Assembly: GCA_043228905.1 (NCBI GenBank)
Contig: JBHGNT010000010.1
Location: 11,656,001-11,720,000 of the forward strand
DNA length: 64,000 nt
Direction: 5' to 3'
Source of the DNA: Azolla caroliniana
Lineage: Eukaryota; Plantae; Polypodiophyta
The notes under the pieces were generated by a model, which was given only the letters and a program-made list of their open reading frames with translations, ran no database searches and was not told where the DNA came from. A program made the position numbers and the translations under genes. Each line of letters begins with the position of its first letter. Position 1 is the first letter of the stretch. This document shows, one piece after another, positions 12,030-26,289 of the stretch.

Positions 12030-14539
12030 TTGGTTGCATGGGCTCGTAATAGGGTTTAAGCCGGAACCCATTTACCCATTTGTCCAGTACTTCGCTGGTA
12101 AGCGTGCCTAACTAGTAAGAACCATTGAATTCTCGCGTGGTCTAGTATGGTCCGGTCCATTGGAACCGTAGCTTGCCCAACATCCTACCCATCTGGGTTT
12201 GAAACACGAGCACCGGCATGCCGATTCCGAACAACTTCTCATTGCCCTTCCGGTGCCGATCGACGAATGCCTTCCTTCGTTGCTACTCCAGTTCCAACTA
12301 CATGATACTCGCTATCCGATGCTCTTCTAGCTCACATAATGCCGCCAATCGGATTTTCTCTGATTCCTTTTCACTCAATCTCTCCCGAACCTGGATCCGT
12401 AAGCTCGGTACTTGAAATTCAATCGGCATCACCGCTTCTAGTCCGAACGCTAACCAGAATGGTGTCGTCCTAATGCTTGTTATATACACCGTCCAGTAAG
12501 CCCATAATGCACTGTGCAACTTCGTGTCCCAATTGATCCGGTTCTCGTTGATGATCTTCCGGAGGATGTTCTGTAGTATCTTGTTGGTGGACTCGACCAG
12601 TCCATTGGCTTGCGGGTAGTATGGAATGCTGCGCTTGTGTACTACCGCGTAGAACGTTGTTAGGCTCTCCACTACTTGACCGAGGAAGTGTCCACCTTGG
12701 TCGCTAATTAATTCGATGGGACATCCGTAACGCCACCAGATGTACTCATAAAGGAACTTCGCCGTTGATGCCGCGGTATTGTCTCGCAAAGCCTTGGCCT
12801 CTACCCACTTGGTGCAATAATCCGGAGCGACAATTACATATCGGTTGCCGGTTCGCATAGCTGGTGGCTTGAATGGTCTGACGAAGTCCAACCCCCATTT
12901 TTGAAATGGTTCCAAGGGTAGTACCGGTTGGTGAGGCATCTACGCCTGTTCTGTTAGTTGGCCCATTCGTTGACACAAATCACATTCCTTCGTATATCGG
13001 ACCGAATCTTTCAGTGTCGTTGGCCACCATAGCCCACTGTGCCATATCTTTCTTGTTGTAGCTTCACCGACAAAGTGTCCTCCGGCGACTCCGCAATGTG
13101 CTTCTCGTAATATGGAGTCCTTTTCATTGCTCCGCACTGCTCTTTGCCATATTCCATCGGCTCCCTTGTGGTATAGGGTGTTCTGTAATAAACAAAAATG
13201 CCGGCTTTGGACCGCCAATCGTTTTCGCTCGTCTCTGTTCATCTCTTCTGGAGGTAGTCCCGTGCTTAAGAACTGATGCATGTTCGTTAGCCATTTGTCC
13301 TCGTCCGGAACTATACTATCTGTCGTGGTTTCTGCTGTAATTTTAAACAGTTTAGCATCCGTAAACTCATATGGCACGTCGTTACCGGTCTCGCCGGTTT
13401 CTAACCGGCTCAAATAATCGGCAACCGCATGTTGTATACCCGGTCTGTGATAAATTTCGAACTCGAATTCCTATAGTAGCAATGTCCATCGGGCCAGCTT
13501 ACTTGTGAGGGATGCCTTAGAGACCAAGTATAAAAGTGCGGAATGGTCTACATGAAATGAAAATTTACAGCCCAACAAATAGTGTCGGAACTTCGTGACA
13601 CTATAAATGATCCCCAAGGCCTCTATTTCCGTTGTGGAGTAATTTCATTCCGCTTGTGACAGTTTTCGGCTCGCATTGTATACCGGCCTAGTCAGCTGCA
13701 TAAGTGTGCTGCCAATTGCTATGTTTGAAGCGTCGACGAACACATGAAACTCTTTGGACCAATCCGGGGGTTGTACTACCGGTGCTTGCGATAGTAACAC
13801 TTTTAGCGCGCGGTAAGCGTCATCCTCTGTAGCCGTCCATTGAAACGGTGTCCGGTGAACCACAACATGCAACGGTGTTGCAAGATATGCCAAATACCGG
13901 AGCATTCGGCTATGCCACCGGATTTGTCCTAAGAATCTGCTTAATGCTTTGGCTGTCGTTGGTGTCGATGCCTCCAGAATTGCCCTGACTTTGTTAGGGT
14001 CTACTGCTATCCCGTCCTTGCTGACAATATGGCCAAGTAGCGTACCACTTGTCAACCCCGAACACACACTTTGCCGGGTTCAAGTTTAGCTGGTACCCCC
14101 TGCATTTCTCTAGGCATAACCGGAGATTGTCCAAGTGTTCCCCTTGCCGGATATACACTGCGAAGTGGTCTAGGAACACCTACATAAACGCTGGGATGAA
14201 CTCTCCAAATATTTCCATGATTATCCGTTGAAAGGTAGCCGGCGCCGTCTTGAGTCCAAACATCATCACTACGGCAACAAAAACTCCCCACACGGTAACG
14301 AACGCCGTCTTTTCTTGGTCATCGGGGTGCATTCGTATTTGATTGTAGCCACTGAATTCGTCTAGGAAGCTATATACCTCATGACCAGCTACCGCGTCCA
14401 GAACTCCATCTATGAATGGAAGTGGAAAGGCATCGATCACCATTGCAACATTTAGTTTCCGGTAATCGACGCACACCCAGATCTTCCCATTCTTCTTCGA
14501 CACGATGATTATCGGGCTCAACCATGTGGCTTTCTTTAC
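12030..14539 (-). pseudogene. pol: Gypsy A pol: RT, RNase H, integrase
   Basis: VCVDYRKLN, FLDHF, FHVFVDASN, HHCC zinc finger, KWGLDFV, ISDQG, PQANG; stops and frameshifts. Confidence 0.92.
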
Positions 14540-17338
14540 TGTAAATGTTAATGTGCGGAAGTGTCAGACAGAACCGGCTCAGCCGGATAGCAACAGAAAA
14601 TGAGATGAAGGTTTAATGGAAAAGCTTAAAAACACAGAGGAGACAGAGAGAGCAGAACATAAAACTCTATTAGAAAATTAACTCTAAAACTCTGTACATA
14701 CAACGTGTTCAACAACACTATTTATACAAGTTCTAATAGAACTGACAGAGGTACAATGCACTTCAATGATCACATGAGCGTCTGACACTAACTACGAGAC
14801 ATTAACTACCTAGTAGTCTAGGCTACTACTAGGCTTCCGATTACTGCTTGATCCGGCTAACGGGCTCCCCAGCTCACTGGTTTGCTTGCTCACTGGCTCA
14901 CCGATCTGGCTCATCCTTCCGGATGCCGATTCGGCTTAGGCTTATTTAGCCGATCCGGATCCGATTGAGCTTGCCGCTCAACACTCCCCCTCAAGCTCAA
15001 CTTGAGGTCGGATCATAGTGTCAGTCTCCATGGTAGCCGGTCCTTCCACCCGGCTCCTTCTGGCGTCACTTCGCCTCGCTCGTGCTCCTCGTCCGGTCCG
15101 GTCCCGTTTGCCACGACCCTTCTAATTTTGCGCACCTCGACCTCCTTGGTCGACTTGTCTACTCAACATGCCCAATTAAGCTCCCTCACTGCTATGACTT
15201 CAGCGCTTGTCGACCCATCGGTTCCTTCGTGTTGGCGTCGACTTCCACTGTGTCCATCGTTAGGCCTTTAGTTGATCCGGCTTCCTCGAATCTTGAACCG
15301 AATCGGTTTCCTTCGATTCGTTCCAGCTCTTGTCCGAGTCGGTGTTCTCCAACTCATCTTCCGGTTAGAGGCCCTTCACCACACCGAACCACGTCCGGGT
15401 CTTGGCCATTTTCTTCCGGTTGGCTCTATCCTTCTTGACTCTACCGTCGCTGCCGCTTGTTCCGACCTTTTTGGATGTCTCGGCTTCCTTTTTCCTCTTG
15501 TCTCCTCCTTTGTTGGTTCTTCATTCCTCTCCGGCTCCTTCTCCGGTGCCATCCGTTCCCTTTCCTTTTCTTCCCCTCAAGTGCGGCACGTCGAGATGCT
15601 GAACACCAAGCATTTCGGTGAACTGCTGCAACTTGTCCGATCCGAGCGGTTTGGTGAAGATATCGGCAATTTGCCGATCCATTTGAACATACCGAAGTTC
15701 AACTTCACCACCCAAAACCCGCTCACGCACGAAGTGATAATGCACTTCTATGTGCTTTGTCCGAGCATGGAAGACGGGGTTCTTAGCGAGCTGCATGCTG
15801 TTTATGTTGTCGCAATAGATCAGGATCGGGGTTGGCACCTCGATCCGCAGGTTGTGCAGTAGTCGCTGAAGCCAAATGGCTTCACAGGTGGCAACGGTAG
15901 TGCCCCGGTATTCAACTTAGTGCTCGAAAGCGCCACTTTTGGCTACTTTTTGCTGGTCCACGCAACTACCGCGCTACCAAGGGAAAACATATAGCCGGAG
16001 GTGGATCGGCGATCCGATGCATAGCCGGCCCAGTCAGCATCAGTGTAGTCGACTAGCTCTTCGGTTAAACCATGCCGGTATAACAGTCCATGGTTCTTTG
16101 TGCCGCTCACATATCGCAAAATTCGATGCGCGCACAGAAGGTGCGCCATGGTCGGCTTCTGCATATATTGGTTGATCACGCCGACCGGATAACTGATGTC
16201 GGGTCGGGTGATTGTCAAATATATAAGGCTTTCGACGATTTGTTGGAACCGCTTCTCATCGCAGGCTGGTCCGGAGTCGGGACGGAGCTTCTAGTTCCTG
16301 TCTAGGGGTGTGGAGATCGGTCGGCATTCCATCATGCCGAACTTGTACAACATATTCAACACATAGTGTCTTTCTGAGAGCAATATGCCGTCGGGGGTTC
16401 GGATCACCTCGATCCCAAGGAAATAGTGAAGGTCCCCCAAGTCCTTCATCTCAAATGCTTTCGACAGTTGGGACTTGACTCGGCTGATTTCATCGAGTTC
16501 GGGTCCGGTGATGACTAGATCATCAACATACAACAAGATGCAAACCGGACCGTTCGGACCCTGCTGGATGAACAACGAAGAGTCTGACTTGGAGGCCGCA
16601 AACCCCATCTTACGCAACTGGTCATGATCTTCGCATTCCAAGCTCGGGGGGCTTGCTTAAGGCCATAAAGTGACTTCTTCAGCCGGCATACCGCCAACTT
16701 GTTCATCTTCGACTCGAAACCAGGAGGTTGGATCATATAGACCCGTTCTTCAAGGTCATCTCGAAGAAACGCATTCTTCACGTCCATTTGGTGAAGATGC
16801 CAACCCCTTGCCGCAGCAACTGCCAGTACCACACGAACCGTCGTCATCTTTGCCACCGGAGCGAAGATCTCGTCTTAGTCGATTCCGTGGGTGTGCGCGT
16901 ATCCCCTCGCCACTAATCGGGCCTTGTACCTGTTAATTGAACCGTCGACATTGTCCTTTACCTTGTACACTGACTTACATCTGATCAGTTTACAGTGTCG
17001 GGGAGGGTAAACGAGGTTCCATGTGTCGTTGGCATCTAGTGCTCACATTTCTTCCTCCATAGCGGCATGCCAATTTGCGTCCTTTGGCGCTTCTGCGTAG
17101 CTCTCCGGGTCACGCACTTCCGCCACCTTAGTCATGAATGCATAATGATGCGCCATGTACTCATTGTACCCATACCGCGTAACTGGGTTCTTCAGGCGGG
17201 AAGACCGGCATAACTTGGTATTACCCGGTTTGGGGCCCTTCTTGGCTAGATTGGGCATCGTTCTGAAGATCCGCCTTCATCCTTTCCAGAGTTGGATGCG
17301 CTCTAACCCGACTCAATGTTGCCGGCTTCGTATTCCGG

Positions 17339-18554
17339 CATCTTCTTCTTCCCCTTCTCTTTGCGTGTTAACCGTCTCTTCGGTTCCTTGCGCGGGGAGA
17401 GCACGACAGAGTCTCCACTACTCACCGGTTCTTCATCCGACTGGTCACTTTGACCGAGTCGCTCGTTTGGTCCGCTCAATTGAAACAATTCCGGACTCTC
17501 TTCTAGAGTCTCCAGCTTGTCATCTTCTATCTGGGCCTCCTCGAGCTCACTAGCCTCATCTTCCGGAATCGGGTCTTCGTCAGGAGTTGGAGTCGGTAAG
17601 GAGTACCATGATGTCGTCTCATCAAGCTCGACATCTCGGCTTACTCAGACCTGCTTAGTCTGGGGGTTATAGCACTTATACCCCTTTTGCTCATTCGAGT
17701 AACCAACTAGATTGCACTTCTTCGACTTTGGATCTAGCTTCCTCCGCTTCTCATCCGGTACATGCACATATGCTATGCTACCGAATATCCAAAGGTGTCT
17801 CAAATTCGGCTTTCACCCGAAATACAACTCATGTGCTAACACCATGTCACCGATCCGGTTTTGGATGTAGACGGTCATCCGGACCGCCTCGGCCCAGTCG
17901 AAATGGGGCGTGCTCTTCTCCTCTAGCATTGTCGTTGCTGCGTCAACATCTTCTTCTTCCCCTTCTCTTTGTGCGTTAACCGTCTCTTCGGTTCCTTGCG
18001 CGGGGAGAGCACGACAGAGTCTCCACTACTCGCCGGTTCCTCATCCGATTGGTCATCCCGATTGAGCCGCTCATTTGGTCCACTTAGCCGGAATGAGATC
18101 TGACTCTCTTCTAGAGTGCCGAAGTCTTCATCTTCTACCTGGACCTCCTCGGGCTTACTAGCCTCATCTTTCGGAATCGGGTCTTCGTAGGGAGTTGAGG
18201 TCGGTAAGGAGTACCATGATGCTGTCTCATCAAAATTGACATCTCGGCTTACTCGGACCTGCTTAGTCCGTTGATTATAACAGTTATACCCCTTTTGCTC
18301 ATGTGAGTAACCGACTAGGATGCACTTCTCTGACTTCGGATCCAGCTTCCTCCGCTTCTCATCCGACACATGCACATATGCAATGCTACCGAATATCCGA
18401 AGGTGTCTCAAATTCGGCTTGCGCCCGAAATATAGCTCATGCGCAGACACCTTGTCACCGATCCGGTTTTGGATGTAGACGGCCGTCTGGACCGCCTCAG
18501 CCCAGTAGAAGTGGGGCATGCTCTTCTCCTCCAACATTGCCCTTGCCGCGTCGA
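17339..18554. repeat. ~608-bp tandem duplication of the Copia integrase C-terminal region
   Basis: CATCTTCTTCTTCCCCTTCTCTTTG recurs at 17339 and 17947; peptide SSGDSVVLSPRKEPKRRLT appears in two ORFs. Confidence 0.85.
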
Positions 18555-20407
18555 TAATCGACCGGTTCTTCCTTTCGGTCACACTGTTTTGCTCCGGTGT
18601 GTACCTACAGCTCAATTCTCTCTGAATTCTGTACTGTTGCAGATAACTGTTGAATTGGCTGGAAAAGTATTCTTTCCCACCATCCGACCGTAGGCACTTG
18701 ATCTTCTTCTTTGTTTCCCGTTCAAGCAAGCTTTGAAGGTTCTGGAAACACTCGAAGACTTCGCTCTTCCTCTCGATGAGGTAGATCCACGTGTGTTGGT
18801 TGTAGTCGTCGATGAAGGAGACGAAATACCGATTCCTGCCAAGACTAAAGTTTTGTGCTGGTCCCCATACATAAGAATGGATTAAATCGAGCTTGTTATG
18901 GGTCCAGTTTCGATCGGTGGGGAATGGAAGCCGGTGTTGCTTCCCGAGTTGGTAGGATTCACAAATTTCGGCCTTTCGGCCACTAAATTTCAGCAAACAA
19001 AAAACGACTTATTTCAATTGCAGGTCTTGAAGCCTCCGATAATTGACGTGGTCGATCTGCTTGTGCCACAGGTCGATGTCCGATTCGACCTTCTGCCCAT
19101 TTTGCAAACGTTGAGGTGCCGACATCATTAGTGTTTAGGATGAACATCCTCCCGTCTCTGCGCCCTTGCGCAATTATCCGGCCCTCTTCCTCGATGAAAC
19201 ACCCTAGGTGCGTAAACCACACCTGCATCCCCTTGTCGACGTTTTGACCAACCGACACCAGGTTCTTTGTGATAGTTGGAACATGTAGTACGTTCATCAG
19301 CTTTCCCTTTTGTCTGACATGGCTTAAAGGGACTTCTCCAACATGCACAATCGGGTGAGGGGTGTCGTCTCCGGTTTCGACAATCCCAAGTTGTTCTGAT
19401 TTCTCCAAAATAGAGAACCACTCTTCATGGCTCGTCATGTGGTTGGACGCTCCAAGTCAACGTACCATACTTCCTCCGATCCAGAAGTAATCTTCTTCAT
19501 CGAGTTAGCCTTGTGATTCATCACAAAGGCTGACCCTTTACCAATTTTCCCGGTTCCAGATCCTTCCGATCCTTTTGCGTAGTGTGAGCTTTGCCGGTTC
19601 TCCCAACCGGTTTTGCTGGATCCGGATTTTTCCGAATCGGCGCGCTTCTTCCAACACTCACTTTCCCGGTGACCCTTTTTGCCACAATACCAGCATTCCG
19701 TGTCGACCTTTTCTTGCCGGTTCCTGGCGTTGCTTTGACTCCCCCTGCCTGTGGAGGGTCCAGAACTGCTGTCGGCACAACCTCTATGCCTCCGGTCCTG
19801 CTCTTGTTGGCCGCCTCCATTGCGTGCTGACCCACCTCATCCACCACGTGCATGGGGCCGATCTATCTCCATGTACCACATCCGGTCGTCCAATTGAGTG
19901 GTCCTTGACCCACTCACGTGGTTTTCTTCGACCATCAACATCGATTGCAAGTTGAAGAAGGACGGTGGTTTCTCCCGGGTGCAGATTGCTGTCCGGATTG
20001 GCCTGTACCTTTGCGCTAGACCATGGAGGCAGATTTGTACCATCTCGTCGTCGTCCACCGTCATGTTGATGGACCCGAGTGTGTTGCAAATCTCCTTTAT
20101 CTTGGTGGTGTAGTCCGTAATCGACATGTCTCTTTGCCGGATGTTGTTCAACTCTTGACGGAGCTGCAAGTTACGAGCTGTGGTACTTGCGGCGAAAATC
20201 TTCCGTAGATTTTCCCAGACCTCCTTCCACATTTTTGCATCCTTGATGTAGCTGAGCATTTGATCATGCACACCGGATGCGAGACAGTACAGTACTCGAC
20301 TCGCTCCTTGCTCCCATACCGGGAAGTCTTTGTGTGACGACTCCGGTGCTACTTCATTTGTTCCTTCCACGAAGCTCCAATATCCATGCCCCAATAGGTA
20401 CTGGTGC

Positions 20408-21392
20408 CAGAGAACGTAATATTCATGTTCGTGCAAACATTCCAACGTTTGGAAACGTTTGGAAACGAACACGTTTGAAAGGGGAAAAATACGTGCTCCG
20501 TTTTTTTCCTCTTCTTTTTCATTCATTTTCATTATAATCTACTCACCCTAGTGGTAAGGAGCCATGCTATTGTTGTCTATGTCTTGGGTTCGATTCCCAG
20601 TTTTCTCATCTCTTTCTCTCTCTCTCTCTCATTAGTACCATGTCATAACAAAATTTTATGTTAGTGCTATAATAGTTTTTTTGTTTTATTTTTATTATTA
20701 TTATAACTAAGCACAACCTAGTGGTAAGTTGTTGTGCTGCTACTACTTGTGTCTTGGGTTCAATTCCCAACTTTCTCATATCCTCTTGTTAGTGTCATGG
20801 CAAAATTTTATGTTAGTGTCACGTTCCTTTTTCTTCTTTTACTTTTATTATTATTATTAGAAATTAGCTCACCCGAGTGGTAAGTTGTTATGCTACTATT
20901 GCCTATTTCATGGCAAACTTTTATGTTAGTGTCATGTTCCTTTTTCTTTCTTTCTTTCTTTCTTTGTTATTAGAAATTAGGTCACCCTAGTGGTAAGTTG
21001 TTATGCTAATATTGCCTATGTCATGTTTTCTTTATATTCTCTAATATACATCTTATGACTTTTTGAACGTTTGATTATAATTTATAATGACATATTTTGA
21101 TTCAATCTCTATAGTTCATACTCATTTTTTTGTAAAGTTCTAAAGTGAGGATGATAGAGATGTCTTGATTTGCATCCCAAAATTATGCATGTGATACAAT
21201 GCAAATATTGCAACCATACTTATGTTGGTGGTTCACAATGGATTAGAGTCCACTTATTAGGATTGAGAGTGAATCAATATATAATATAGACCCTAGTCAA
21301 TCCAATCCAACTTTGAGATGATTTACCATACACGTTTGATTGAATCATTCTCGAATGCGAATGCACATATGGTACGTATGGTTCATTCTATG
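20408..21392. mobile_element. Non-autonomous hAT-like element in Copia gag
   Basis: Perfect 8-bp TSD ACTGGTGC (20400-20407 / 21393-21400); imperfect short TIRs CAGAGAACG / CATAGAATG; AT-rich and non-coding. Confidence 0.75.
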
Positions 21393-21892
21393 ACTGGTGC
21401 ATTTTATATGACCAAGATGTGTAGTTGCTCCGATCGAACTTCTCTGTTGGAAGTGAACTCGTCATTCCTCTGTCCATATCTTCTCTGTGTCTGTTGTTGC
21501 CGGGTTCTAGGGTTTGTCTACGAAGGCAGGCGTCGGCTGCCGAGGTTCTCAACCCTCGCGCTCTGATACCATGTAAATGTTAATGTGCGGAAGTGTCAGA
21601 CAGAACCGGCTCAACCGGATAGCAACAGAAATTGAGATGAAGGGTAAAAGCATGCGAGTGGAAACACTATTATAGCTAATTAGCTACTAAAATGGCCATA
21701 GCTAATTAGCTATTTGTTTAGCTAGTCTTTTTTGTGGGAAAATCAAATATTTGAAAAACTAATTTATGAAAAAACTCAAATATTTGAACTTCTGTTTCAG
21801 ACGTAGTGGAACTTGGGGAATATCACCATCATCTAAGGTCGACTTCAATGTCATCAATTTCCTGTTTAGCCTAAGTCTGATTTTGAACGCAG

Positions 21893-23209
21893 ATGGAGTA
21901 CTCAGAGCACGAACGCAGACGTAGCTCCCGCAACAGCAAAAAATCGACATTGCAGATTGAGAGCTACAACACAGAACCCGCTCGATCATCGTCCAGGTAT
22001 GTTTCAGTTACAGAAACCCCAAACATTTGTTTTTTCTTTTTGACTACTGTCTGAACTTTGGTGCCGATTCATATTTCCCCAAAATCGAATAGGGCGAAGT
22101 CCTTGGAGTCCCATACAAGGATGTCTCGCAAATCGGGGAGTAGCAACAGGTGTGTTTATATTACTTTTTTTGTGTTTAATCCTGTCTTTAGTGATTAGGG
22201 TTTGTGATTGAAATTTCTGATTAGGGTTTTTGATTATAAATTTCTGATTAGAATTTCTGAATAGGGTTTCTGGTTACAAATTTTGATTACAAATTAGAAT
22301 TTCTGAATAGGGTTTTTGTTTATAAATTTCTGCTTAGGATTTCTGATTAGGGTTTGTGATTGAAATTTTTTATTAGGGTTTCTGATTGAAATTTCTGATT
22401 AGGGTTTTTGATTATAAATTTCTGATTAGAATTTCTGAATAAGGTTTCTAGTTACAAACTTCTGATTACAGATTTTGATTAGGGTTTCTGATTTCAAACT
22501 TCTGATTACAGATTTTGATTAGGGTTTCTGATTTCAAATTTCTGAATACAAATTATGATTAGGGTTTCTGATTTGCTAAGTTAAAGATTTTGCACCATTT
22601 TTGTTGTTGTTGATTGGGGTTTTTGATTCTCACATATTCTGATTTTGCACTATTTCTGATTTCTGAAATGATATTTCAGATGGCTCGTTCCTCCGTATAC
22701 GAGAGTGCTAAACTTCGCAAAATTTTGCGAGACAAAGGAGGACTTCCACAACACCTATGGTCTGTCACTCGAGGGTGTTGACCCTGCTGTCCTAAGTGAT
22801 AAATTGATCAGTGATATAGACTGGATGACAGTATATACAGTGCCTAGAGTCAAAGGCAAGGTCAAGCTGAAGCATGTACGAGCCGACTTGTACGATGACT
22901 GCATGAGACTGCACCAGAAAGTTCATCAGGAGATCCCAGTCAACAATGAGTTGTCAGTTTCATTTACTAGAGCATTTGCATATGAGTACTGCAAAACAGC
23001 GAAGGAATCTAGAGACCTTGAAATGTATAGGGTAGCTTGGGCAGTCTATGGTGAGGCATCGGTAAAAAGATGCCGAAAGATGGGGACCTTGGCACAAAAA
23101 ATAGACAGATTTTGGAGCATGGCAGCTGTTGATGCAACTGCCGACTCCCAGCAAGACCGGGGGCATACACCACACAGACACCCAAGGAAAGCCAATGTCG
23201 ATGATACAG
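21893..23209 (+). pseudogene. Accessory spliced gene of the Sola2-like element, unknown product, 3'-truncated
   Basis: Exons 21893-21996, 22093-22149 and 22680-23209 joined by GT-AG introns stay in frame (MEYSEHERR...RWLVPPYTRVLNFAKFC...). Confidence 0.6.
22190..22575. repeat. Degenerate tandem repeat with core TTTCTGATTAGGGTTT in an intron
   Basis: Repeated TTCTGATTAG(GGTTT/AATTT) units. Confidence 0.8.
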
Positions 23210-23227
23210 GTGCACAAAAATGGTTAC

Positions 23228-25985
23228 CTGAAACTAAACACCAATGCATAGATTGAATTTCATTCTGCTGCTTGAAAGTATAATTCTCTGCGAAATCTAC
23301 TACTGAGACTACTACATCATTTGGGAAATCAGATATGCAAGTCTTAAACTAATGGGCCTGCCATGAATAAATGAAGTTGTGTTTAATGAACTTTCCTAGA
23401 GATACTACAAACAGAGACACCAAATCCCTTGGTTTAAGCATCTTCCGAACTAGATCCTTTCTTTTACACACCTTTCCTTCGAAATTGGTGTTCACTGACT
23501 CAAATAACTTCACAGAGATCAATATTTCACTACTCAATTCATTTGGACACCACCTAAATCTAGTAGGGCCACAATCTTGACATAAACCCATGACACATTT
23601 ATGAATATGGAAGATAGCGTCAGATTCTCTCGGACACAATATTGAATCTAATAAATAACTCATGGAAGAGATAACGTGCTCAGATGATTTACACTCCTCT
23701 TGCGGGCTTGATCGACAGATTGGGCACCCACATGTGCAAACTGTATTAGTTAGGGATGCGCTATGGTGATGTAGTAGATTAACAGAGTCCTTCAGAAAAC
23801 CCATCTGTACATGGTAAATGCAACAACATGTGTATCGATCCTTTAAGCGTCTCACAAAGTGTGGCTTAAGAGACTCGAATGTTCGTAGTTGAACTTTGAT
23901 AGTTGGATGCATTCGTTTGAACCTAATAATTAAATCGACCTGCGTAATAAAGGGGAATTAGTTATTCTCGTAACTAGCTAACTATCCTAGTAGCTAATTA
24001 GCTATTCTAGTAGCTAGTTAGCTATTCTAGTAGCTAGTTAGCTATTCTAGTAGCTAATTAGCTATCATGGTAGCTAATTAGTTGTCCTAGTAGCTAATTA
24101 GTTGTCCTAGTAGCTAATTAGCTATCATGGTAGTTAATTAGCTGTCGTAGTAGCTAATTAGCTATCATGGTAGCTAATTAGCTATTCTAGTAGCTAATTA
24201 GCTATCATGGTAGCTAATTAGCTGTCGTAGTAGCTAATTAGCTATCATGGTAGCTAATTAGCTGTCCTAGTAGCTAATTGGTTGTCCTAGTAGCTAATTA
24301 GCTATCATGGTAGCTAATTAGCTGTCGTAGTAGCTAATTAGCTATCATGGTAGCTAATTAGCTATTCTAGTAGCTAATTAGCTATCATGGTAGCTAATTA
24401 GCTGTCGTAGTAGCTAATTAGCTATCATGGTAGCTAATTAGCTGTCCTAGTAGCTAATTAGTTGTCCTAGTAGCTAATTAGCTATCATGGTAGCTAAATA
24501 GCTTGTCTAGCAGCTAATTAGCTATCATGGTGGCTAATTAGCTTTCCTAGTAACTAATTAGCTATCATGGTAGCTAATTAGCTGGTCTAGTAGCTAATTA
24601 GCTATCGTGGTAGCTAATTAGCTGGTCTAGTAGCTAATTAGCTATAATGGTGGCTGATTAGCTTTCCTAGTAACTAATTAGCTATCATGGTAGCTAATTA
24701 GCTGGTATAGTAGCTAATTAGCTATCATGGTAGCTAATTAGCTATCACGGTGGCTAATTAGCTGTCCTAGTAACTAATTAGCTATCATGGTAGCTAATTA
24801 GCTGGTCTAGTAGCTAATTAGCTATAATGGTGGCTAATTAGCTATCCTAACTAATTAGCTATCATGGTAGTAGCTATTGAGAGTAGCCAGTTACCTATGT
24901 AGTAGCTATCATAGTAGCTAATTAGCTATCATGGTAGCTAATTAGCTTTCCTAGTAGCTAATTAGCTGGTAATAACGAAATAGCTAACTAGCTACCATGA
25001 TAGCTAACTAGCTAGCAGTACAGCTAATTATCTGGTAGTACCTAAATTAGCTATTGAGAATAGCTAATTAGCTATCATGGTAGTAACTATTGAGAGTAGC
25101 TAGTTACCTATGTAGTAGCGATCCTAGTAGCTAACTGAGGTAAATGTAACTGATAAGCTAATTAGCTTTTTTGCTAACTGAGCTAATTAACTTTCCGAGT
25201 AGAGTCAAAACAAATGTTGAGATAAATGTAAATACCTGAGGTACATCAAGAAGATGAATGGGATGCTCCTCGTATTGATTTCTTCCAACACGTTTCCTGC
25301 ATAAATCCTTTTTATTGGGTGAAACCCTACTCTCATTAGTCCAAAACATTGTGATTACATCCTTGGTTTCAAATGTTATGGGTGTCATTGGCTTACATCT
25401 TGTAGTTAGCTTTAGTAGACTAGTTCCTTCACCTGAGGAAATTATACGGTTCATTGTATTGTACACTGTTTTTCTACTAACACCAATTACCTTAGATAGC
25501 TCACTGATGTTTATATCGTCAACATCACTATTAAGTAACATCATTAGACTAGACCTTTTTAAGACAAGATCATCTTCTGACCTGCTCATGGATACGAAAC
25601 TATTACGAAGATTATTTACTAAAATAGATAATATGTTTGCATTAAGACCATCACAATCAACTAAGTCCTTTATCGATGGATCATTACATATTCCATAAAG
25701 TACTACCTTCTTTTCTTCATTGCTGATGTGCTTGGTTTGAACATTGAAATAGTCTACAACCTTTCTCTCTATGATGGTAGTCGCATTACTTACATTCTCA
25801 GCTAAACTATCCTTACCTTTACTGAGTGTGGCTTTCGTATCCTTCAACAATTGACGATGTTTCCTTTTTTTTTCTGCCCAATAGTTTCGTATGGCTTGTT
25901 GTGTCCTGATAACATCATCCCTATCCTTATGATCATTGAAGGGTAATTCTAAACACCCTTCTTCCCCTTCCATTTGGCTAGACAT
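23228..25985 (-). pseudogene. Sola2-like transposase, N-terminal half (exons 25985-25236 and 23939-~23228)
   Basis: Phase-0 GT-AG intron; FESLKPHFVRR...TCCCIYH and, past a TAG at 23349, VVDFAENYTFKQQNEIQSMHW (first catalytic D); remainder absent. Confidence 0.75.
23970..25190. repeat. 20-bp minisatellite with palindromic core TAGCTAATTAGCTA in the transposase intron
   Basis: Dozens of GCTAATTAGCT(ATCATG/GTCCTA)GTA units. Confidence 0.95.
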
Positions 25986-26289
25986 GTTAAAACCCTAAAT
26001 TTCCAGAAAAAAAAACAAGTATTAAAGATGGCTATGGGCAACAACAATACACAAAAATATTCCACACAATACACAAGATTAGACACAACAATACACAAGA
26101 TAATCAATAGACAGAAAAGTTATTGCAATCCAAGACCGAACAGTAGAGGATTTCACTCTGTTGGATCCAACAGTTGAGGAGGCGATCCAAGACCGACCAA
26201 TGGCAACAACTGAGTGTAGAATGTTGCCGTTGGATGAGTGAACTCCGTCAAATCGAAATGTGGAAGCAATCCGGGACTGGACAGTAGTG

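Larger units (their letters stand above)
15521..21470 (-). pseudogene. gag-pol: Copia gag-pol (gag, PR, INT, RT, RNase H), frameshifted
   Basis: LRSDGGKEY, YTPEQN, HQMDVKNAFL, LYGLKQAPRAW, LYVDDL, DADWAG, HARTKHIEVHYHF. Confidence 0.92.

Noticed and set aside
22190-22575. Interstitial telomere
   Set aside because: TTAGGG occurs singly within longer units, not as tandem TTTAGGG.
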